A stretch of DNA of 63,901 nt, the filler included, from Octopus bimaculoides (Eukaryota): NCBI RefSeq assembly GCF_001194135.2. It is 9 parts of 9 records of this genome, joined end to end, with 100 filler letters (N's around TTAATTAATTAA, not from the genome) between each part and the next. Parts side by side here need not be neighbours in the genome. Positions count along the whole stretch, not along the records: positions 28,089 to 41,612 come from NC_068981.1; positions 41,713 to 50,125 come from NC_068987.1; positions 50,226 to 59,651 come from NC_069002.1; 6 more parts are not named here. One strand, given 5' to 3'. Positions within the stretch are counted from its first letter, which is position 1; the number at the start of each line of letters is the position of its first letter. The translations under genes and the position numbers were made by a program. This document shows, one piece after another, positions 39,145 to 52,552 of the stretch. The notes under the pieces are model-generated. The model searched no databases and was not told where the DNA came from. It saw only the letters and a list, made by a program, of their open reading frames with translations.

Positions 39145-39825
39145 AGCGAAGGCAAAACATTTGAAACTCCAGTGATCATAATTTCATTAGGTTATCACTG
39201 ACCCTGATATAAAACAATAAGAATAACAACAATGTGAGAGACAATGTAGATTTCAGTGCGAAAAGATTGGATAGTCATAACTTGAAAGCCTTTGCTCCCA
39301 CATCAAACCAAGAATAACAAACGCCTGAGAGGCTCAAGAGTATAATGCAGTTTAAGATATATTGCCCTCCTCGGCAAAATATAGTATCTCTTATCTTTTA
39401 CTTGTTTCAGTCATTAGACTGTTGCGATGCTGGAGCACCGCCTTCAAGTGTTTTTAACCGAATGAATCAACGTCAGGATTTGATTTTGTTAAGTTTGGTA
39501 CTTAATCTATCGATTCTTTTGAAAAACGGCTAGGCTTCGGGTACGTAAACAGAGCAACACCCGTTGTCAAGCAGCAGTTGGAGAAAGAAACAAAGACACA
39601 CACATACACACACTCACACACTCACACATACATATACGACAATCTTCTTTATTTTTCCGCCTATCAAATCCGCTAACAAGGATTTGTTCGGCTCGAGGAT
39701 ATAGAAGAAGACAATTGCACGAGGTGCCACGCAATGGTACTGAGCCAGAACCATATGGTTGGAAAGTAAGCTTGTTTTCACACAACCACGTCTATGCTTA
39801 TGACGTAGGAAAAATAAAAAAAGGT

Positions 39826-40094
39826 ACCTATTCGAAAATGATATAGGCTTACCATCCCTACAGGAAGTGTAAAAATAGTGTTAACCGGAACGACTCATGT
39901 ACTGAGAAGAGCAATATCGCTGCGAAGACAGCATCTATTCATGAATTTATTTATTTATTAATTTTTTTTAAAATACAAATTCTACATGTTAGTTTGCGTG
40001 TGTAAACTGGGAATGCATACAATGAACTTCTCTGCCCTACGTGTACCGAAAACACTCGGCAAGAAATAGAAAATTTGAAGAAAGAAAAAAATAC
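39826..40094 (+). mobile_element. 3' end of a second R4/Dong-type LINE subfamily, ending in (TAA)n
   Basis: PSLQEV*K / IVLTGTTHVLRRAISL (one stop, one 1-nt frameshift), then a UTR unrelated to the 27.8-kb copy, then (TAA)n at 40095-40166. Confidence 0.65.
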
Positions 40095-40103
40095 AACAAC
40101 CAC

Positions 40104-40170
<67 letters not shown>

Positions 40171-40221
40171 CAACATCGAAAATATCTTAAGAATTAGAAC
40201 CCAGATTCGAAATTTCCCCAA

Positions 40222-40265
40222 GACACCTGATGAAGGCTGGGTTATATCTGCCGAAACTTTGTGTT
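40222..40265 (+). ncRNA. Decayed hammerhead motif (family 4, second copy)
   Basis: GACAC CUGAUGA A GGCUGG guuaua UCUGCC GAAA CU UU GUGUU. A G16.2 to U change and a stem II mismatch make it likely inactive. Confidence 0.6.
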
Positions 40266-42392
40266 AACAACAAACAAGATGAGGACAAATATCCGTCCAA
40301 TGTAAATAATGTAAATAAGAATCCAGGATATGTTTCGAATTTCTCATGACATATTAAGTATATACAGTTATTTCGGAGCCGTGATCTGATGTATGTGAAG
40401 AAACAAAACGTTCAGGTGAGAAAGCCCAGCCCATTCGCTTTTGGCACTAAAAGCTACTGAATGGATTTCAGCATAGAAGAAGTTAAATGACATGGGAAGA
40501 AAAAGAGAGTGAGGGAGAAAGAGAAGTAAAGACAGAGGGCGGAAGGAGTAAGGTAGTGAGGACTGCAACATATCTAATAGGAACAACAAGATATTCCGAA
40601 AGTAGTTGAATCTAAATCAACACCACTGTAATCTTCAGAAATGGAGGCAAAGATCGTTTTGTATATGTTCCATTAAATAGACAAAGGCAAAAGCCATAGA
40701 TCTCCTTTTACTTCACCATCCACTTGCTACGATGTGGGACCGCAATAAGTAGTAGACCATCAGGGAAGATAGAAAAACAGAGCAACGACTGAGGAAAATG
40801 TCGAAGCCATATCTGAAATATGCAAAATATTTTGAGAAATTTCTCTCCACCTGTTGTCATGACGTATAGATGGCTGCGAAAGGTTTGACGATATTCTCCA
40901 AGAAATGAATGATTTAAGGCCGATCAAAAAGAATCGAAAGAAAGGATTTTGGTGCTGAAGGCTTCGATGATGTATTCACGAAGCTCCAATGCTTTTCATC
41001 ATAACCGGCTCAAAGAATAATACGGATCCATTTGGTTGAATCTGCTTTCAATACCACGAGTAGTGGAATGAGAAATGACTTAGCTTGCTGGGAACTTCAT
41101 ACTCATATTCGGGGAATTTCCTCCATCTCACTCCATGTACTTCTTTAATTATATATATGTATGTGTCTGTGAGTGCGCGTGTATATATATATATATATAC
41201 GAATGAGAAAATGAAGGAAATGGATAAAATTGACTTACAGCGTTACTTATTTAAAGAATAGTTTCGAATATATGAATTTGAAATTTATTTCTGTAATTGA
41301 ATTGATTGAGTATGGGCAAAGCTGTACACGGGAATTTCTGAGTATGAATTGGAATGTATTTAAATAAATAACGTCCATAAGTCAATTTTATCCATTTTCT
41401 TTATTTTCTCATTCATAGTTTTTTTTTAATACCTATACGTTTCAGTGTTGAACTAATATTCTTCGTTTTCACTGAACGCTACTTTTAACCGATGGATTTG
41501 TTAGATTTGGTGAAAGAATCCCGTCGTATATATATATATATAGACTATATATATTGACTATTTGTTTTCTTCTCGCTAGACCACTGGTAGTAAATAAAAT
41601 TTCTATAATTTTNNNNNNNNNNNNNNNNNNNNNNNNNNNNNNNNNNNNNNNNNNNNTTAATTAATTAANNNNNNNNNNNNNNNNNNNNNNNNNNNNNNNN
41701 NNNNNNNNNNNNTATATATATATATATATATATATGTGTGTATGTATGTATGTATATATGTATATCTATGTATATATATGTATATATATATGTGTGTGTG
41801 TGTGTATATATACATATATGTATATATATATGTATGTATATACATAAATGTATATATATGTATATACTGTATGTATATATATATATATGTATATATATAT
41901 GTATACGACAGAAGACTGTTGTATATATATGTGTATGTTTGTGTATGTGGGGGATGCATGTTTGTGTTTGTACCTCCACCTTCGCTTGACAACCGATGCT
42001 GCTGTGTTTACGTCCCCATGACTTAGCGGTTCGGCAAAAGGCACAGGTAGAATAAGTACTAGGCTTACAAAGAATAAATCCTGGGGTCGATTTTTAAAGG
42101 TGGTGCTCCAGTATGGCCGCAGTCACATGACTGAAACAGATAAAAGAATAAAAATATCTATGCCATTTTATCCCGATAAACGCCGGGTAGCTCTGCTCGT
42201 ATATGTTTATATATGTATGTTTGTATGTGTGTTCTTTTTTTGCAGCTATATACGTATGTGTATATATATGTACGGATGTATGGATGGATGTGTAATACAT
42301 TATTGCTTGCGTGTGTATATGTGTGTGTATTGTATGTATACATGCATATACATGTATATATGTATGTATGTATGTATAAGCATATTTGTATT

Positions 42393-42425
<33 letters not shown>

Positions 42426-43579
42426 TATGTGTGTATGTGTGTGCTTGTGTCTGTGTGTATGCAGATGTGTGAGTTTGTATGTATGTGTGTATGTATTTAT
42501 GTACACTTGCAATGATGTGGTAGTGTGGTAAGAAGTTTGTTTCCTAACCACATGGTCCCGGGTTCAGTCGCACTGCGTGGCACTTTGAACACGTGTCTCG
42601 TGCTATAGCCTCGGACCTGCAAAAGCCTTGTATGTGGATATGGTAGACGGAAACTGAAAGAAGCCCGTCGCACACACATATGAAAATATTGTGATTGTTT
42701 TATTGTTAGAATGACATTTTAGGATAAGTCTGAGAGGCCGGACCTGGCTGATTTGAAAATAAAATAGGTGGAATATTTGGGACAGTTATGGCCGGTTTGA
42801 ATGCTAACAGGTTAAAAGAAAATTGGTTGCTGATCAATGTATGCTTCAGAAAGTTGTCAACTGAGCAAATGACCAGATATAAGCAATGTTCTTTCAAATA
42901 TTTTGGTGTTGGTGTGCGCAGGAATTTGTTTGTATGCAATTTTTTCCCCCACAAAGTATGTTCGCATCCATGCATGTATCGTCTTTTTCATTTTCAATTA
43001 AAAGAAAATTCCGATTTCGTCTTGAAAACCTTGGGCGCACATATTTCGTTTTGCGTTAGTTGTGTGCACATATTTCGTTTTGCGTTAGTTGTGAAACGTT
43101 TGCGTTAGTTGTGTGCACATATTTCGTAGTACGCTAGTTGTAAAACGTGGGCGCGCGCGCGTACAATACTCAGCTTAGAAGGAACATTGGACAAAACTCT
43201 GATCTGACCAAATTAATAGACAAAAAAAAATCTAATGCTTACAGTAGGAGAAATTTGAGCACATCCATTTTGGAAAAGAGGATGTACTTCAATAGCTATA
43301 TTCTCTCATGGAATTTCAGTAACGTAAGAGAGCTAAGTGTAACAACAAGAACAACAACCTCGTCTGGAGTGCTTACAGCATAAAAAGAAAGAAAGAAAAA
43401 AAAATACTTCAAATGAGGTGCAGGAGGAATTTTTGGTCAAGACAAACTTCCGCTGCGAAGATCCAGATATTATCTTTTCTTTTCCTTAGTTTATGCACAG
43501 TTAGATTATGCCTAGAATGCAAATGTTCTTTCTGGTTTTCTTCGAAATATTTCATTCTAATTTCGACTGACACTTTATT

Positions 43580-44202
43580 TTATCGACCTCGAAAAGATGA
43601 AAACCAAAGTTGACCTCAGAGGAATTTGAACTCAGAATGTAAAGACTCAGAGGAAATGCCGCGAAGCATTATTTTTGTCCTGATGCGTTAACGATTCGGC
43701 CAGCTTGCCGCTATAAAAAATTCTCTCTAATTTTGGTACAAGGCTAAAAATTTTGAGGGAAGAGTGAGCAAGTCGATAACCTCGACCCCAGTACTCGACT
43801 GGTTTTTTATGTTACCGACCTCGAAAGGACGAAAAGCAAAGTTGACCTCAGAGGGATTTGAACTCAGAGCGTAAAGACTCGGAAGAAATGTCGCTAAGCT
43901 TTATTTTTTTCCAACGTGCTAACGATTCTTATTTCTTTATTGCCCACAAAGGGCTAAACATAGAGGGGACAAAAAAGACAGACAAAGAGATTAAGTCGAT
44001 TACATCGACCCCAGTGCGTAACTGGTACTTATTTAATAGACACCGAAAGGATGAAAGGCAAAGTCGACCACAGCGGAATTTGAACTCAGAACGTAACGGC
44101 AGACGAAATACCGCTAAGCATTTCGCCCGGCGTCCTAACGATTCTGCCAGCTCGCCGCCATAAGCAATTCTCTCTAAAGTCAGTAATTTTGATTGAAGTA
44201 AT
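43580..44202 (-). mobile_element. Cluster of SINE family C copies (two decayed 5' parts plus one full copy at 43925-44202)
   Basis: Three occurrences of gatgaaa...aaagt(t/c)gacc...atttgaactcaga. Confidence 0.85.
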
Positions 44203-44392
44203 TTGGCGGAAGGCCAGTAGTCACCTCNNNNNNNNNNGCCAAGCATTTTGCCCGCCATACTAAAGATTCTGCCGGCTTACAATCTTAATCTCACCCAAAC
44301 TATTATGAAGAATGAAGCATCTCAGAGAGGGCAATTGTGAAAGAAATAAGTAGACAAATATATAAATAAATATGTAAATACATACATACATA

Positions 44393-44790
44393 GGCGCAGG
44401 AGTGGCTGTGTGGTAAGTAGCTTGCTTACCAACCACATGGTCCCGGGTTCAGTCCCACTGCGTGGCATCTTGGGCAAGTGTCTTCTACTATAGCCTCGGG
44501 CCGACCAAAGCCTTGTGAGTGGATTTGGTAGACGGAAACTGAAAGAACCCGGTCGTATATATGTATATATATATATATATGTGTATATGTTTGTGTGTCT
44601 GTGTTTGTACCCCAACATCGCTTGACAACCGCTGCTGGTGTGTTTACGTCCCCGTAATTTAGCGGTTCGGCAAAAGATACCGATAGAATAAGTACTAGGC
44701 TTCCAAAGAATAAGTCCTGGGGTCGATTTGCTCGACTAAAGGCGGTGCTCCAGCATGGCCACAGTCAAATGACTGAAACAAGTAAAAGAG
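44393..44790 (+). mobile_element. tRNA-derived SINE family B (ggcgcaggagtggctgtgtggtaag...internal (TA)/(TG)n...gactgaaacaagtaaaagag)
   Basis: Full copies at 48691-49100, 59196-59605, 59830-60222 and 39393-39790 (-). Halves or decayed copies at 12790-12900, 17070-17290, 20452-20680, 34395-34720, 41950-42150, 42510-42672, 46370-46515, 55530-55722, 56185-56370 and 57575-57725. Confidence 0.9.
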
Positions 44791-44835
44791 TATACATATA
44801 TACATATATACATACATGCATACATACATACACCC

Positions 44836-44881
<46 letters not shown>

Positions 44882-45314
44882 ACAGGCAAGCATGCACAGA
44901 ATATGAAATGAGGTTTGCTACTAAATATTACAATGGTGATAGTCATTATATAAGATAAACTGACTGATGGCAGATGTGATAATAAAAAAAAAGGATATCG
45001 AATGATATGTTTTATTGAGTAATAGCAAAATGTCATGGTATATCATTTCGTGTATGGTGGTGGTAGTGGTGGTGGTTGTGGCTAGTGGTAGTCGTGCCTA
45101 GAGATGGAGGAGAATCTGGTGGTAGCCAACGGTGGTGATATATATGTATGAAATACACACATACACACACACACACACACACACGTATTAGACCATATAG
45201 ACCATATACATATTTCATATATTATATATCATATACATATTTACATACATATAAACAATATCCGAATGGAACCGCTGAAATAGATCTGTATGGATTTATG
45301 TGTGTATATGTGTG

Positions 45315-45375
<61 letters not shown>

Positions 45376-46797
45376 NNNNNNNNNNNNNNNNNNNNNNNNN
45401 NNNNNNNNNNNNNNNNNNNNNNNNNNNNNNNNNNNNNNNNNNNNNNNNNNNNNNNNNNNNNNNNNNNNNNNNNNNNNNNNNNNNNNNNNNNNNNNNNNNN
45501 NNNNNNNNNNNNNNNNNNNNNNNNNNNNNNNNNNNNNNNNNNNNNNNNNNNNNNNNNNNNNNNNNNNNNNNNNNNNNNNNNNNNNNNNNNNNNNNNNNNN
45601 NNNNNNNNNNNNNNNNNNNNNNNNNNNNNNNNNNNNNNNNNNNNNNNNNNNNNNNNNNNNNNNNNNNNNNNNNNNNNNNNNNNNNNNNNNNNNNNNNNNN
45701 NNNNNNNNNNNNNNNNNNNNNNNNNNNNNNNNNNNNNNNNNNNNNNNNNNNNNNNNNNNNNNNNNNNNNNNNNNNNNNNNNNNNNNNNNNNNNNNNNNNN
45801 NNNNNNNNNNNNNNNNNNNNNNNNNNNNNNNNNNNNNNNNNNNNNNNNNNNNNNNNNNNNNNNNNNNNNNNNNNNNNNNNNNNNNNNNNNNNNNNNNNNN
45901 NNNNNNNNNNNNNNNNNNNNNNNNNNNNNNNNNNNNNNNNNNNNNNNNNNNNNNNNNNNNNNNNNNNNNNNNNNNNNNNNNNNNNNNNNNNNNNNNNNNN
46001 NNNNNNNNNNNNNNNNNNNNNNNNNNNNNNNNNNNNNNNNNNNNNNNNNNNNNNNNNNNNNNNNNNNNNNNNNNNNNNNNNNNNNNNNNNNNNNNNNNNN
46101 NNNNNNNNNNNNNNNNNNNNNNNNNNNNNNNNNNNNNNNNNNNNNNNNNNNNNNNNNNNNNNNNNNNNNNNNNNNNNNNNNNNNNNNNNNNNNNNNNNNN
46201 NNNNNNNNNNNNNNNNNNNNNNNNNNNNNNNNNNNNNNNNNNNNNNNNNNNNNNNNNNNNNNNNNNNNNNNNNNNNNNNNNNNNNNNNNNNNNNNNNNNN
46301 NNNNNNNNNNNNNNNNNNNNNNNNNNNNNNACACACACACACACACACACAAACATGCATCTATTTATACGACGGGCTTCTTTCAGTTTCCGTCTAGCAA
46401 ATCCACTCACAAGGCTTCGGTCGGCCCGAGGCTATGGTAGAAGGTACTTGCCCAAGGTGCCACGCAGTGGGACTGAACCCGGAACCATGTGGTTGGGAAG
46501 CAAGCTATTTACCACCCACCTATATAATAATATATACTTAAATACACATGCACATACGTATGTATGGCTGTGTATGTATATACATTTGCATCCATATAGG
46601 AACATGCGTATGTATACACACGCGCGCATGCGCACACATAATCATTGAGAGTACAATCAATAACGTAGTCAAAGTCCTCTAATTAGAGGTGAGTGAATTT
46701 GTAATATACGCATATATAATTGTATTATAATATATGTATGTGTGTGTATATATATATGCACATATATACACACATATACTTATGTATATATATATAT

Positions 46798-46860
<63 letters not shown>

Positions 46861-47790
46861 NNNNNNNNNNNNNNNNNNNNNNNNNNNNNNNNNNNNNNNN
46901 NNNNNNNNNNNNNNNNNNNNNNNNNNNNNNNNNNNNNNNNNNNNNNNNNNNNNNNNNNNNNNNNNNNNNNNNNNNNNNNNNNNNNNNNNNNNNNNNNNNN
47001 NNNNNNNNNNNNNNNNNNNNNNNNNNNNNNNNNNNNNNNNNNNNNNNNNNNNNNNNNNNNNNNNNNNNNNNNNNNNNNNNNNNNNNNNNNNNNNNNNNNN
47101 NNNNNNNNNNNNNNNNNNNNNNNNNNNNNNNNNNNNNNNNNNNNNNNNNNNNNNNNNNNNNNNNNNNNNNNNNNNNNNNNNNNNNNNNNNNNNNNNNNNN
47201 NNNNNNNNNNNNNNNNNNNNNNNNNNNNNNNNNNNNNNNNNNNNNNNNNNNNNNNNNNNNNNNNNNNNNNNNNNNNNNNNNNNNNNNNNNNNNNNNNNNN
47301 NNNNNNNNNNNNNNNNNNNNNNNNNNNNNNNNNNNNNNNNNNNNNNNNNNNNNNNNNNNNNNNNNNNNNNNNNNNNNNNNNNNNNNNNNNNNNNNNNNNN
47401 NNNNNNNNNNNNNNNNNNNNNNNNNNNNNNNNNNNNNNNNNNNNNNNNNNNNNNNNNNNNNNNNNNNNNNNNNNNNNNNNNNNNNNNNNNNNNNNNNNNN
47501 NNNNNNNNNNNNNNNNNNNNNNNNNNNNNNNNNNNNNNNNNNNNNNNNNNNNNNNNNNNNNNNNNNNNNNNNNNNNNNNNNNNNNNNNNNNNNNNNNNNN
47601 NNNNNNNNNNNNNNNNNNNNNNNNNNNNNNNNNNNNNNNNNNNNNNNNNNNNNNNNNNNNNNNNNNNNNNNNNNNNNNNNNNNNNNNNNNNNNNNNNNNN
47701 NNNNNNNNNNNNNNNNNNNNNNNNNNNNNNNNNNNNNNNNNNNNNNNNNNNNNNNNNNNNNNNNNNNNNNNNNNNNNNNNNNNNNNNNNN

Positions 47791-47835
<45 letters not shown>

Positions 47836-48097
47836 GTATATGTATATATATGTATATATATATATGTATATATACTTACCTTCCGACATCCATACCTACC
47901 TGCCTTCTTTCTTGTCTCACCATTTACTTGTGTGTGCGTTTAATGTACAGATTTTTCTTTCTTTCATTCTTCTTTCCTTCCTTCCTTTCTTCGCCTGTGT
48001 GTCTGTCTGTCTGTCTGTCTGTCTATCTGTCTGTTTATCTATCTATCTATGCATCTATCTATCTATCTATCTGTCTATCTATCAGTCTGTCCGTCTG

Positions 48098-48129
<32 letters not shown>

Positions 48130-48294
48130 CCGGCCTCCCTGCCTGGTTATCTCAACATTCTTCGACCATGAAAGGAATCGTATTCTTTGGTAAGTTGCTT
48201 CAATCCACGTAGCTCAAGACTTCCCCAGTATCATTTAAAACTCATCTGGACCCTCGCTACAACAGATTTATTGTCGTAGGTAGGGTGTTCGGGA

Positions 48295-48440
48295 TGTCAC
48301 AGGCATGTGCGACCCCGGACCAGATCTATTCATGAGAAACCCCTATGTCATGCGCTTCATCGTTGAGCGGATGTGTAATAAACATCTTTTCGGTGGGGCC
48401 TTGATTAATTTGGATCAATCGAAAGCTCTCCTTAGGGTTT
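48295..48440 (+). mobile_element. Tx1/L1-clade reverse transcriptase relic
   Basis: VMRFIVERMCNKHLFGGALINLDQSKALLRV resembles the LDQ.KAFDRV motif. Confidence 0.6.
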
Positions 48441-48690
48441 TGATCCTGGTTCGTTTTTGAAGGTTGTATCACTTCAACATACAGTACCTTCTAATGCAGG
48501 GGTCGGGGAACTTTTTTAACCAATTACCCCAAAATAAATTTATTTATGCTAATGTTACTCCCTTGACTTGAAAAGAAGAAAATCATAGGTTCTTTGAATT
48601 CAAAAGGTTTATTGAATCTATTTATATGGCGAATATAATTATAAATATAAAAGTACAAAACAATTGCGATAAAATAAACTAATATCTTCA

Positions 48691-49100
48691 GGTGCAGGAG
48701 CGGCTGTGTGGTAAGTAGCTTGCTTACCAACCACATGGTTCTGGGTTCATTCCCACTGCGTGACACTTTGGGCAAGTGTCGTCTACTATATCCTCGGGCC
48801 GACCAAAGCCTTGTGAGTGGATTTGGTAGACGGAAACTGAAAGAAGCCCGTCATATATATGTATATATATATGTATGTGTGTGCGTGTATATGTTTGTGT
48901 GTGTGTGTTTGTCCCCCCCCCCCCAACATCGCTTGACAACCGATGGTGGTGTGTTTACGTCCCCGTAACTTAGCTTTTCGGCAAAAGAGACCGATAGAAT
49001 AAGTACTAGGCTTCCAAAAAGAATAAATCCTGGGGTCGATTTGCTCGACTAAAGGCGGTGTTCCAGCATGGCCGCAGTCAAATGATTGAAACAAGTAAAG
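48691..49100 (+). mobile_element. SINE family B, full copy
   Basis: Matches 44393-44790. Confidence 0.9.
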
Positions 49101-49614
49101 TAAAATAAAAGAAATAAGGAAACAAAAGGTTTTTTTGTAGAAACTTTTTCACTTCAGGTTTTGGAGAAATGATGTTTCATTTTTGTTACAATTACATCAA
49201 AATTGGGGTATTTTGATGTGAGAGCAATTTGGATACAGTCTTCGGGGTCCAATCGATTACTCTGCTTTGTTTTTTATGTTCATTAGAGTGCAAAATCCTT
49301 ATTTGCAAAGGTAGTTTGTTGGAAAAGGCAATCAAAAGTTGCTGCATTTTGCAGCAACCTACCTCAGGCCAGAAGAAATATTTCTGTCGTAACAAAGAGC
49401 ACGTTTTTTATATGATTTTGCGTATGTTTATTGAGTTCTCATTACCCACAAGAATTTCATTTATCCCGGTTTGTCAACCCCTGATATAATGGGTAGATCA
49501 AATAAATGGGAATCTATCGAGACTGCTTCAAAGCACAAGCATGGCCCACATACACAATCGCACTTACACATACACATGCAATGCACATACACTCATTTAT
49601 AGATACGTATAAGC

Positions 49615-49920
49615 GGTGAAGGTGCATGGCTCAGTGGTTAGAGAATCGGTTTCACGACCATGAGGTAGCGAGTTCGATTCACGGACCGAGCTGTGTGTTG
49701 TGTTCTTGAACAAGACACTTTATTTCACGTTACTCCGGTTCACGCAGCTGTAAAAATGAGTTTCGACATTGCTGGTGCCAAGCTGTATCGGCCCCTTTGC
49801 TTTTCCCTCAGATAACATCGGTGGCATGGAGAGGGGAAGTTAGTATGCATGGGTGTACGCTGGTTTTCCATAAACAACCTTGCCCGGATTTGTGCCTCGG
49901 AAGAGAACTATCTAGTGGTG
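49615..49920 (+). mobile_element. tRNA-derived SINE family D
   Basis: A box TGGCTCAGTGG and B box GTTCGATTC, followed by gtgttgtgttcttgaacaagacactttatttcacg. Confidence 0.75.
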
Positions 49921-51469
49921 GTGGTGGTGGTACTGTTAGTGGTGGTGGTGGTGGTGGTGGTGGTGGTAGGGTGATGGTGACCAAATATCGATGGTCGCAT
50001 GTTTGAGTCATGTTTGAGAAAAGATCACATATTCAACATTTCAATTGATACATTCACATTTCTAAACCGACATTAACCTTGCTAACGTCTATCGTTGCTC
50101 CAATTCCAATAACATATTATATATCNNNNNNNNNNNNNNNNNNNNNNNNNNNNNNNNNNNNNNNNNNNNTTAATTAATTAANNNNNNNNNNNNNNNNNNN
50201 NNNNNNNNNNNNNNNNNNNNNNNNNTATATATATATATATATGGATGAAGTATTGAAGGCTGATCTCAAAACACCAAACCTTATGGAGATGAGAGATATG
50301 TGGCATATTGCTGTCCTCATGAAGACTTGCTCATCACAGCAGAATTGAGATCCTAAAACCAAGGTGCCACATAAAAGGCATTGGTGTGAGTGCTGGTGCC
50401 ATGTGGAAAGCACCCAGTACATTATGTGGAGTGGTTGGTGTTAGGAAGGGATCAAGCCATATAAATCAAACCAAAACACTACAGAACTCACTACGGCCTC
50501 TAGCCTTGCCAGTTCTTGTCAAGTTGTCCAACCCATGCCAGCATGGAGAATGGGTGTTAAATGTTGATGACGATGACAATGATGATGATAACGACGTTGC
50601 TAGTGCTGCCTACATATTGTGCATGACTTCTTCGCTTTCGATTGTGCAACTCAGACAGTAAGCTCTCTCTGCACACAATAAATTCTATATTCATTAACCA
50701 TTCTATATATAACAGCTAATAAAATAATTCAACACACACATCTATATAACCAGTACCTAACACTATAACACCTACAACGTACCCGATGCATATTCTTCAC
50801 AGCTGCACTGCATTAATGCATTAAAACTGCACCACATCATCTACTCAATCATTCTGGCAATAAAATACATGAATTCAATTACACAGCAGCTGCAAAACGT
50901 TTCCATCACCTGACAAATTAACACAACCCAAATTGTGCAAATGACAACAATAATAATTATTATTATTCCAAATTTTTTCCACAAGGGCAGCCTGGAGGAG
51001 GTGGGTATGAGTTGATTACATCGACTCCAGTGTTCAACTGGTACCTATTTTATTAATCCCGAAAGGATGCAAGGCAAAGTCAACCTCAGTGGAATTTGAA
51101 CTCAGAACATAGCGACGGGTGAAATACCGCTAAATATTTCATCCAGCGTGCTAACAATTCTGCCGGCTTGCTGCCTTAATCCTGACACTCTGTTGAATTC
51201 CTAGTGTGAAACTGATTGGTAAGATCGGCCATAATGGATATATAATACTGTACACTTTTGATAATATACCCACTCTTTTGACAGATATACAAGGGCATTT
51301 TTTTCTGACATCTGGACTCTTAGGCAATTTACACTTACATACATACATACATGATGATGGCTTCCCCCTCATTATCAAGTATGGCCATTGCATGAGGCTT
51401 AACTGTTAACGGTGCTGTGATCAAATGTGACTTTTTAGCCCAGCTAAAAATCTACAACGTCTTGGACAG

Positions 51470-52125
51470 AATTGGCAGCTAAATCTTTACTGGCAATAAC
51501 TGGCTGTAATTGTAATGGGCTTCGTGTACCTTTGCATGTTGTTTAATTCCTCCCACTGAATCACACTCCCTTCCACATGCCCGACAGACATGATTAGTAT
51601 GGTGTCTAGCATCATCACCAGTGGCCTGGTAGTCAATCATTGGTCTCACTTTATGACTACGAAGATGACTCTTGAGTCCAGCTTTACTGAGGCAGGGTCT
51701 TGCACAGACACTGCATGTTAGCGTCATAGGAAGACCCTTACCATCTGGAAGTGCAACTGCGATGCCCTTCCTAACATTCCTTACTTTGTCATGTGCAACT
51801 CGAGATTTCTCAAAAGTAGCTGTCCCCTCATGCACAATCCTTCTCCACCTGCCACGGTCAATAGCTAAGCCCTCCCATGTGTCAGGAGAGATGCTAGCAT
51901 CTTTGAAGGAAACCTTCAGCAAGTCTTTATACCTCTTTTTGGTTTATGTGGAGGTCGTTCTCCTTTAGTTAACTCTCCATAAAAGAGTTGTTGTGGCATC
52001 CTTGAATCTTTCATCCTGACCAGATGACCACTCCATCTGAGCCTTTGCTTCAACACACAAGAACTTCTATACTTTCACACTGAGAGCCTTCCAATAGCTG
52101 AAGATCACTGATGCTGTCCTCCCAC
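51470..52125 (-). mobile_element. RTE-clade LINE ORF 3' end with two C2H2-like zinc fingers
   Basis: RLRWSGHLVRMKDSRMPQQLFYGEL...DRGRWRRIV...CSVCARPCLSKAGLKSHLRSH...CRACGRECDSVGGIKQHAKVH. Confidence 0.88.
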
Positions 52126-52384
52126 TTAATGCCATACATGCATACATAGATACAAACATACAAACATACATACATACATACATACATACATACATACATA
52201 CATACATACATACACACATACATACATACAAGGAAAGGATTAAAAGATTAAAAGATGATCTATGCTTATATTATTTTTCCTTTCTTTATCCTTTATTTAT
52301 TGATTATACCAATACTGAATATATAGTTTTTATATATTCTTTGCTTGGATTGTACTGGTGGACTTAGAAGGATTTTGGTCCTTC

Positions 52385-52415
<31 letters not shown>

Positions 52416-52506
52416 AGTACTGCTATCTGTTGAAGTTTTAGCACTTTAGCTGCTATTTCTGAACTTTGGTATGTGGTGAAGCAACTGTTGCTGATCCCTT
52501 AATTAT

Positions 52507-52552
<46 letters not shown>

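Noticed and set aside
40620-41130. Possible further mariner relic
   Set aside because: Too degraded; no catalytic motif could be read with confidence.
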